Shown here in pieces: positions 57,072 through 64,000 of a DNA stretch of 64,000 nucleotides; the stretch's first letter is position 1, and each line of letters starts with the position of its first letter. The position numbers and the translations under genes are program-made. The stretch is from contig CAZNUP010000002.1 in the NCBI GenBank assembly GCA_964576435.1, forward strand, positions 183,182-247,181, written 5' to 3'. The DNA comes from an uncultured Gammaproteobacteria bacterium. GTDB lineage: Bacteria > Patescibacteriota > Microgenomatia > JAMCZE01. The notes below the pieces were generated by a model. It did no database searches and had not been told where the DNA came from. It saw only the letters and a program-made list of their open reading frames with translations.

Positions 57072-57919
57072 AAAGAATTCTCAATTTAACTAAAAGGCAA
57101 AAGTTTGCCATCGCTACGGTGGTGCTTTTGTTGGCAATAATTGCGATTCGAGCATTTGGTTTGGAACAAATCGCCTGGAGATTTAGGGTGGGCGTTTTTG
57201 CGTTGATATCAATTGGGGTTACATTATTTGCTCTCAAGGATGAAGATTTTTCTGGTTCAGAGTGGTTTTTACTTCCCATTTTGCCGGTTTTTTTCTCTGT
57301 TGGGTCGGTTCTCGTTTACCCACTCCTTCCTCAAAGGATGGATAATTTTTTGGGAATAGCTGTTCGACCTGACACAGGATTTATTTTGGGAGTAATTGTG
57401 AGGGCAATTTTTCTTGGATTTTTTGTAGTAGGGTATTATGCGGCGCTTTTGACCTCAAATATTTACAACGTGGCTGCCGTTAAAGGGATTCAGCTCCTCC
57501 GTGTGGCACACTCAATTGGGTTTTTAACCACGGTTGCTACAGCACTTTTCTTCTATATAGTTATTAGCTCGTTTCATTTATCTAGTTTTCAAAACTTTGT
57601 AGCGGTATTTTTAGTGTCATGGCCTTTGGCACTTCAATCTATTTGGAGTATAAATTTGGAAAGCAAAGTGGGGGAGAATGTTAGGAATTTTTCCCTTATT
57701 ACGGCGCTAATTCTTGCAGAAGCTGCTTTTATTTTGTCATTTTGGCCACTTGGAGTATCAATTTTTGCATTGTTCCTGACAGCCTTATTTTATGAGGTGA
57801 TTGGGATAGTGCAGTTTCATATGGGGGAAAAACTGTCTTCAAGGATTGTTAACGAGTTCGTAGCGGTAGCAATTGTTGTATTTTTGTTAACCGTGTTTAC
57901 AACAGTTTGGGGAGCTTAG
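57068..57919 (+). CDS. Multi-TM membrane protein (DUF5656-like)
   Basis: About 9 TM; LLTSNIYNVAAV..IQLLRVA. Confidence 0.75.
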   Translation: MKRILNLTKRQKFAIATVVLLLAIIAIRAFGLEQIAWRFRVGVFALISIGVTLFALKDEDFSGSEWFLLPILPVFFSVGSVLVYPLLPQRMDNFLGIAVRPDTGFILGVIVRAIFLGFFVVGYYAALLTSNIYNVAAVKGIQLLRVAHSIGFLTTVATALFFYIVISSFHLSSFQNFVAVFLVSWPLALQSIWSINLESKVGENVRNFSLITALILAEAAFILSFWPLGVSIFALFLTALFYEVIGIVQFHMGEKLSSRIVNEFVAVAIVVFLLTVFTTVWGA

Positions 57920-58043
57920 TTTGAGGTGGGGAAGAGAGGAGTCTGAAAAACTATAAGACTTAATGCGGGGATCTTTTCACTAATTTGGGGACAGGTTTTC
58001 ACAAATATCAAACTATATCATTATCAGATATACAACAGGGATT

Positions 58044-58528
58044 AAACGCTACAATGGCGAGGATAAACGCATAAAAAACCCGAAAGCTACGCTGGAAATA
58101 GAAGATATATCGCATTGCTACGCTCCAAATATCACGACGTAATGGAAATTATAGGACTAATATTTACGGTCAAAAATGATAGTTTAGACTGTTTTTATGC
58201 TCCAAACTCCATCGAAATTCATCATGGTCTTGTATACTTTTGCTACAGCTCCCAATGAAAGAAGTGAGGTCAAACTGTGAAAGAAAGAGCGTTCTTATGC
58301 TCCGCAAATGAACACAAAATATATTGCCAAATATTAATATTTACGCTCAAAAATGATTGTTTTGGCTGATAATATGCTCCAAAGTAGAGTGGAAGTGAGG
58401 TTGCTCCTTAGATACCAAAAGAGAGGTTGGTTTATTCGAAAAGATGTTCCTATTAACTAACAAGAGAGTGTATTACTTTTGCCAATTAAAAGGTTTTGTA
58501 GTTACTGATAAGTTTCTATGCTCCCTAA
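58044..58528 (+). repeat. Array of about 10-12 degenerate TAYGCTCC(A)AA direct repeats, including a 49-bp duplication
   Basis: GCT-type cores at 58048, 58069, 58091, 58122, 58168, 58199, 58248, 58299, 58345, 58376, 58403, 58520; 58158-58206 matches 58335-58383. Confidence 0.75.
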
Positions 58529-58591
58529 TAGTGAGGGGTCTTAAAAATAGCTTTTTGTTGACAATTTAGGCTGTGGGGTGGTAAATTGGTT

Positions 58592-58619
58592 ATGTCGTAA
58601 ATTGTATCTTTAACGACGT
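58592..58619. other. dif-like Xer recombination site
   Basis: ATGTCGTAAAT-TGTATC-TTTAACGACGT, 11-6-11 with inverted arms, 218 bp upstream of xer. Confidence 0.65.
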
Positions 58620-58837
58620 ATAAGCTCGAAACTGAGAGAAGAGTAAGGATTTGGCTTTTTGCCTTGTTTTTTTATTTTTGTACTTAATATTGTGTTTCAG
58701 TTATACTGATCATTATTAATTTGACCTTATATTCTCGACTTACTAGTTAGGTGTTATCCCCTACTATAGGTTAAAGAGTGTATTTGGAGAATCAGATATA
58801 GATTGATTTAACAATATAAATAGACCACCCTTTTTGT

Positions 58838-59767
58838 ATGGCAGATAAATTATTAGTGGAGTACATTACTGATTTCCTCGAATACTGTGAGCTTGACCGG
58901 AATTTGTCACCACTGACAGTTAAGATGTATGGTTATTACCTACAAAGCTTTGCTGGATGGCTTAGTGAAACTAAGCAAAGTATTAGGCCGCAAGACCTCA
59001 CAGAAGACACCTTAAGGGACTACCGTTTGTATCTAAGCAGGTATGTAAATCCTGTCAAAGGACCATTAGCAAAGCCTACTCAAAATTATTTCCTTATAGC
59101 TATAAGAGCGTTTCTAAGATTTTTAAATAAGAAAGGAGTAAAAACTTTAGCGCCTGATCAAATAGAACTTGGAAAGAATAGAGACAGGCAAATTAAATTC
59201 TTATCTAAGGATCATTTAGAATTGTTACTTGCCGGACCAGATACTGATACTGATGAAGGAATGAGAGACCGGGCAATATTAGAATTATTTTTTAGTACAG
59301 GACTTCGTGTGTCAGAACTAACAAGACTTGATAGAGATAAAGTTAATTTAGAAACAAAAGAATTTGGAATAATTGGTAAGGGCGGACGGGCGCGGGTGGT
59401 GTTTATATCAACCAGGGCATGTGAAATCCTTGGAAGGTACCTTTCACGGCGTCAGGATATTTGGAAGCCATTATTCATTCGTTATAGTGGAAAGGTTGAT
59501 GAAAATGACCAAGGAAATAAAATGCGACTTACTCCAAGAAGCGTTGAAAGAATGGTTGCCAAATATGTTAAGAAAGCAAAGTTGCCAGTCAATGCAACGC
59601 CACATACCTTGAGACATTCGTTTGCTACTGATCTACTTATGAACGGCGCTGATTTGAGAAGTGTTCAGGAAATGCTCGGACATAAAAATGTCGCTACAAC
59701 TCAAATTTATACTCACGTTACTAATGCAAAATTAAAAGAGGTTCACGAGAAGTTTCATGGGAAGTAG
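58838..59767 (+). CDS. XerC/XerD-family tyrosine recombinase
   Basis: RDRAILE, TGLRVSEL, GKGGRAR, HTLRHSFAT, LGH, TTQIYTH. Confidence 0.95.
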   Translation: MADKLLVEYITDFLEYCELDRNLSPLTVKMYGYYLQSFAGWLSETKQSIRPQDLTEDTLRDYRLYLSRYVNPVKGPLAKPTQNYFLIAIRAFLRFLNKKGVKTLAPDQIELGKNRDRQIKFLSKDHLELLLAGPDTDTDEGMRDRAILELFFSTGLRVSELTRLDRDKVNLETKEFGIIGKGGRARVVFISTRACEILGRYLSRRQDIWKPLFIRYSGKVDENDQGNKMRLTPRSVERMVAKYVKKAKLPVNATPHTLRHSFATDLLMNGADLRSVQEMLGHKNVATTQIYTHVTNAKLKEVHEKFHGK

Positions 59768-59938
59768 TTCTATTTCGGGGGTTCATCAAACCTGTTTGCT
59801 ATAACAGCGATTTCAATTATGCCACTGGTCCAACTGGCAATTATAAGCCACATTCCTGTAATATGGTCATGTTGCAATATTATTAGTCCCAGAAGTTATT
59901 GGTATAAAAAATGTTCAATCGGAACCATACGTCGTAGA

Positions 59939-60367
59939 TTATTGTTTCTCTTGTGAATTGTCATTTTCGTCGCTGCTCATGTCTGCATAATATTGATCCC
60001 AGACTTTATTTTTTAGTTGCCTTTCTATGAGATTTTGTCTTGCTTTAAGTCCAGTGGAGATCAGCTCAGCAAATCCTATACTAAACATAAAATAACCGGT
60101 GTAAAAGTCTCCCTCAGCCATATTTTTGATTCCTGCAGTCAATAGTAAAATTCCTACTGAGGCTCTAAAAAAAGGCATCTTTTCGTTCCGCTTGTTTGCT
60201 AAGGCTTTTCCCATGTCAAGTCTAACTAAAAGATTTCCCTTCCCATCAAATTTAGCAGTTAATGGATGGCTTCTTGCTTCCTGATAATTGGAAGCAAGGA
60301 CATCGACTGTGGTTGCGGCTACAGGCCCAAGGGTCAATGTAGCTAACTCTAATCCCCCTGCAATCAT
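59939..60367 (-). CDS. Hypothetical membrane protein
   Basis: 142-aa ORF with two TM. Confidence 0.6.
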   Translation of the reverse strand: MIAGGLELATLTLGPVAATTVDVLASNYQEARSHPLTAKFDGKGNLLVRLDMGKALANKRNEKMPFFRASVGILLLTAGIKNMAEGDFYTGYFMFSIGFAELISTGLKARQNLIERQLKNKVWDQYYADMSSDENDNSQEKQ

Positions 60368-60505
60368 ACGAGTATTTTAAACTATAGGGTGAAAATTGTA
60401 AAGATTACCTTTTTTTGCGACTTAGGGTTAGATTTTTGTCCGTTTGGGTTTGGTTTGACTGATACTTGGTTGTTTGCGATTACAATGGGCGCCTTAGGTA
60501 ATATG

Positions 60506-61435
60506 TTAAATAAGGCCGATTTCTTTTGCCCATTGGTCCTCCTGGTTGCCAAGAAGCTCTATTGCTTGTATTACTTCAAATGGGTCAATTCTACCCCTTT
60601 TTGCTTGGATTGCTAATTCTGGTGTGCTATGTGTTACGTCGTGATGACCTTGTGCATCGGTGACAAATTTACCGGCTTTTAAAATACTTTCATTAAAGGC
60701 AATCACAACACCCCCACGCTCTTCTGTTGCAGTTTCAAGAAATTCGAATACAGTTTGAATTTTGTCTGGAGATATTAGGTTTGAAAAAGTTGTCAAAAGT
60801 GGATAACGGTTCTTATAGGATAAATACTGTGTGGGGTCTATACTCTCGTAACTTGCTTGCTCGATAGAATTCCTCAAATGTTCAAAAAATGCTTCGAAGA
60901 CTAAAGCATCAGAATAATGTCGACTTTTTGCAGATTCGTCTATCTGGTTTATGATAATTTGCCTTAAATCTTTTATGTAATTTCCCTTGAAAAGAGGAAC
61001 AACATTTCTATGAACGGCCATTAGAAAAGCACCCATGCTTGCATATCTATTGACGTTGTTGTCAGTTATTTCAGTGTGGAAGGATTGTGTCGGGTTATAT
61101 GTTTCACCAACAAGTTCTTGATGGTCTCTGAAGTATTGGTGTGAATATAGTGGAGTAGTGTAATACCAGCCTTTGGCTTTTCCTCGTACTGCCATATTCG
61201 AATCCTTATCTACTTTAATTTCTCCGTCTGCAAGTTGGCCGAATATATTGAAAAAATCATCTGAACGTACAGCGACAATATTGTTTTTCTCTTGATTAAG
61301 ATTTGTTCCTAAAAATGCTTTCGTTTGTTGGACTCGATAAGGATTGCGCGCAAACTTTGTTTTTATTTCGAATAAAAGAGATTTTTCAACCTCGCCAAAG
61401 TGAGGTGCATCAGTCGGTTCGCCGAATCTTGGCAT
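60506..61435 (-). CDS. Hypothetical protein
   Basis: 309-aa ORF directly after the SIMPL gene. Confidence 0.7.
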   Translation of the reverse strand: MPRFGEPTDAPHFGEVEKSLLFEIKTKFARNPYRVQQTKAFLGTNLNQEKNNIVAVRSDDFFNIFGQLADGEIKVDKDSNMAVRGKAKGWYYTTPLYSHQYFRDHQELVGETYNPTQSFHTEITDNNVNRYASMGAFLMAVHRNVVPLFKGNYIKDLRQIIINQIDESAKSRHYSDALVFEAFFEHLRNSIEQASYESIDPTQYLSYKNRYPLLTTFSNLISPDKIQTVFEFLETATEERGGVVIAFNESILKAGKFVTDAQGHHDVTHSTPELAIQAKRGRIDPFEVIQAIELLGNQEDQWAKEIGLI

Positions 61436-61438
61436 GTC

Positions 61439-62212
61439 TTATCTTGTTTCGTAACTTAAAGTTATTTGAACTATAATTTCTGTTTGGCCTGGTTCGATCT
61501 GGGTTGGAACTTGATCGGCCGCTACTGCATTTTCCTTTGCCATAGACATAGTTGGGTAGTTCCCTCCCCTGCCAACTTGCGATTCATAAACGTTGATTAT
61601 TTTCCCAAGCGTAATTCCAGTTTCTGAAGCTAGTGCATTGGCATTTGCTTTAGCGTCAGCTATAGCAAGTTTACGAGCTTCATTTTGGAACTTTTGTGGA
61701 TCGTCAATTGTAAAAGATAGACCGCCAATTTGATTGGCTCCATTTGCGGTTGCCACATCAATTACCTGGTTAATTTTTTGGAAATCTCTAACCTTAACTT
61801 GCATATTAACGTTGACGTTATAGCCAGTTATTTTTGGTTGTGATCCAGTATCTCCAAGACCAAGAGGAGTTGGTTGGGTGGAATACTCAGGTGAGATATT
61901 GTAATTGGTTGTTTGAATATCTTTTTCTGGAATACCAAGAGCTTTTAATTCTGAATTTATTTTATTAACTGTTTCATTCGCTTTGTTTTGAGCAGCGCTT
62001 ACTGTTGGGGCAGAATAGGTGTAACCAATTTGGACAATTGCGACATCGGGCTTAGCGTAAACTTTTCCTTCACCATTTGATGTAAAGAATTCAGATTTAT
62101 TTGTGTTAACAACTGCAACTGGAATACTTGGACCAAAAGAAGCGTAAAGGCCAAAGAGAACGAAAAAGGCTACAAGAATTATTAAAGCGCTGACTGGTAT
62201 TTTATTGCTCAT
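61439..62212 (-). CDS. SIMPL (DUF541) domain protein
   Basis: GEGKVYAKPDVA, DIQT, GANQI, AIADA, IEPG. Confidence 0.93.
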   Translation of the reverse strand: MSNKIPVSALIILVAFFVLFGLYASFGPSIPVAVVNTNKSEFFTSNGEGKVYAKPDVAIVQIGYTYSAPTVSAAQNKANETVNKINSELKALGIPEKDIQTTNYNISPEYSTQPTPLGLGDTGSQPKITGYNVNVNMQVKVRDFQKINQVIDVATANGANQIGGLSFTIDDPQKFQNEARKLAIADAKANANALASETGITLGKIINVYESQVGRGGNYPTMSMAKENAVAADQVPTQIEPGQTEIIVQITLSYETR

Positions 62213-62460
62213 CTTATTGGTGGTGGTTTAATTATTGAACCAGAACATTTATTGTCTACGCATTTCATAGAGCCAAGTGATTTGTTTGTGCAGCGCATTA
62301 TTGGTCCGCAGCGCAGTGTACAGTCACTATCTCTTGTGCAATAAGATCCTGGTTTTGGCACACTTCTATATGCTTGCGGAGAGAAGTTTACACCACTTTG
62401 AACAAGAACAACAGCAGAAATTACGGCTACTACTAGAATGAGAATAAACAAAAGCTTCAT
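62209..62460 (-). CDS. Small secreted Cys-rich protein
   Basis: TM/signal, then CTRDSDC...C...C...C...C. Confidence 0.7.
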   Translation of the reverse strand: MKLLFILILVVAVISAVVLVQSGVNFSPQAYRSVPKPGSYCTRDSDCTLRCGPIMRCTNKSLGSMKCVDNKCSGSIIKPPPIR

Positions 62461-62486
62461 GCACACTCATTAATGCAAAAAAGAAT

Positions 62487-64000
62487 TTATTTTTCAAGAG
62501 CAGCTACTGCTGCCACTTTGTCTCCCTTTTCGGAGAAGCGCATGAGGATAACACCTTGGGTGCTTCTGCCTAATTTCGGAACTGAAATGATTGGAAGTTT
62601 TATCACAATGCCCTTTGACGAAGTTAATATCAGTTGATCAATGGTTTCGTCGACCATTCTTGCGGTTACTAAGTTTCCAGTTTTGTCTGTGAGATTCATG
62701 GCTTTTACTCCCATACCTCCCCTACCTTGCTTTGGGAATTCTTTGACGATGGTTCTTTTGCCAAGCCCATTTTCAGCAACAACTAGAAGTTCTGGGTTTT
62801 CATTTGGTGAAATTGATTCCATTCCAACTACAAAATCGCTTTTTGAGAGTTTGATACCTCTAACACCAATAGTGTCTCTTCCTTGAGGTTTGGCTTCCTT
62901 TTCAGAGAATCTGATGGATTTGCCTTCATGAGTTACAAGTAAAATATCATCGTCACCGGCCGTTAATTTTGCCCAAACTAGTTCGTCCCCTGATTCTAGT
63001 TTGATTGCAGTTAGGCCATTTCTTCTTATGTTTGTAAATTCAGTCAGTGAAGTCTTCTTGACCGTACCAGCTTTGGTTGCTAGGAACACATATCCTGGTT
63101 TATCAAGCTTTGCTGGGTAAGTGAGAATTGATTGCACACTTTCTCCTTGCTCACTACTAATGATATTAACAATTGCTTGACCTTTGGCTTGTCTACTTCC
63201 TTCAGGGAGTTCAAAAACTCGTGTTTGATAGACCTTGCCTTTATTTGTAAAGAAAAGAATATTATCATGGGCATTTCCTGTTACTAGATGTTCGATTTCG
63301 TCTTCTTCTTTTGTGGTCATCCCAGTTACTCCTTTACCACCTCTGGCTTGTGCTTTGTAAGCAGTTGGTGAGAGCCTTTTGACATAGCCAGTTTTAGTAA
63401 CAGTTATGACCATGGGTTCGTTTTGGACCAGGTCTTCTTCTGAAAATTCCCCTACTTTACCTTTAATGACTTTGGTTCTTCTGTCATCACCGTACTTTTC
63501 TTTGAGTTTTATCAGTTCGTCTTTAATGACAATCATGATTTTCTCTGGATGAGCAAGAAGGTCTTCAAGATATGCAATGGTTTCTCTGATCATTGCTAAT
63601 TCGTCTTCAATCTTTTGTCTTTCCAAAGCCGCTAGTCGTCTTAGCTGCATATCTAAGATAGCGGTTGCTTGAATGTCTGATAGCTTGAATCTGTCCATGA
63701 GTTTTCCTTTAGCAATATCAGCCGATTCTGCTTTTCTAATGATTGCTATAACTTCGTCAATATGGTCGACAGCAATCTTTAAACCTTCTAAGATATGCTC
63801 TCTAGCTTTTGCTTCTCTTAATTCGTATTCACTTCTTCTTCTGACAACATTTTGGCGGTGCTTTAGATATTCATCCAAAATCATCTTAAGTGTTAGAGTT
63901 TGTGGGGTGTTATCAACTAAAGCGACCACATTAACCGGATAAGAGATCTGAAGATTGGTGTGTTTAAAGAGATTATTCAAAACGGATTGGGGTTTGGCGT
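62487..64000 (-). CDS. gyrA: DNA gyrase subunit A, C-terminal part (runs off window end)
   Basis: HILEGL, ILDMQLRRL, GyrA-box QARGGKG, pinwheel repeats. Confidence 0.97.
   Translation of the reverse strand, partial: AKPQSVLNNLFKHTNLQISYPVNVVALVDNTPQTLTLKMILDEYLKHRQNVVRRRSEYELREAKAREHILEGLKIAVDHIDEVIAIIRKAESADIAKGKLMDRFKLSDIQATAILDMQLRRLAALERQKIEDELAMIRETIAYLEDLLAHPEKIMIVIKDELIKLKEKYGDDRRTKVIKGKVGEFSEEDLVQNEPMVITVTKTGYVKRLSPTAYKAQARGGKGVTGMTTKEEDEIEHLVTGNAHDNILFFTNKGKVYQTRVFELPEGSRQAKGQAIVNIISSEQGESVQSILTYPAKLDKPGYVFLATKAGTVKKTSLTEFTNIRRNGLTAIKLESGDELVWAKLTAGDDDILLVTHEGKSIRFSEKEAKPQGRDTIGVRGIKLSKSDFVVGMESISPNENPELLVVAENGLGKRTIVKEFPKQGRGGMGVKAMNLTDKTGNLVTARMVDETIDQLILTSSKGIVIKLPIISVPKLGRSTQGVILMRFSEKGDKVAAVAALEK

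Noticed and set aside
57920-58560. CRISPR array or DnaA-box origin
   Set aside because: Repeats are short, degenerate and irregularly spaced, with no cas genes; only poor TTATCCACA matches were seen.
59720-59928. Minus-strand hydrophobic ORF with an in-frame TAA after 10 codons
   Set aside because: No recognisable homology, and it overlaps the xer 3' end; it cannot be separated from chance or a small remnant.
58838-64000. Prophage or integrative element at the tyrosine recombinase
   Set aside because: The protein looks like chromosomal Xer, neighbours are housekeeping genes (ruvC, gyrA), and no att duplication or phage genes were seen.
1-64000. Alternative genetic code (TGA read as Gly or Trp)
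   Set aside because: dnaX, recR, cysS and rpsR end in TGA at expected positions, and conserved genes are intact in code 11.

Overview
This 64-kb window is AT-rich, gene-dense bacterial chromosome using the standard code (TGA is a stop). Gene content and compact architecture point to a CPR/Patescibacteria genome, probably Microgenomates-like (inference). Housekeeping genes include dnaX (3' end), ybaB, recR, cysS, ychF, rpsF-ssb-rpsR, prfA, rpmE, hisS, dnaB, tRNA-Leu(CAA), efp, tgt, yebC, ruvC, a Xer recombinase and gyrA (3' end). They are interspersed with envelope/redox genes and single orphan ORFs. The best signals are non-coding or missed by the ORF track: (1) a Cys-Cys-Cys leader-peptide attenuator ahead of cysS; (2) a T-box-like riboswitch with an ultra-short Stem I and a His (CAC) specifier ahead of a CntK/DapF-like racemase, hisS and an EamA transporter; (3) a duplicated promoter/hairpin/mini-gene element whose conserved reading frame has no ATG, suggesting recoding; (4) a phased TAYGCTCC repeat array and a dif-like 11-6-11 site upstream of the xer gene; (5) a CRP box at -41.5 of the pyrD promoter, overlapping the stop codon of its own Crp gene. 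No CRISPR array, rRNA or transposase was seen. All family calls come from motif recognition by eye; no database searches were run.
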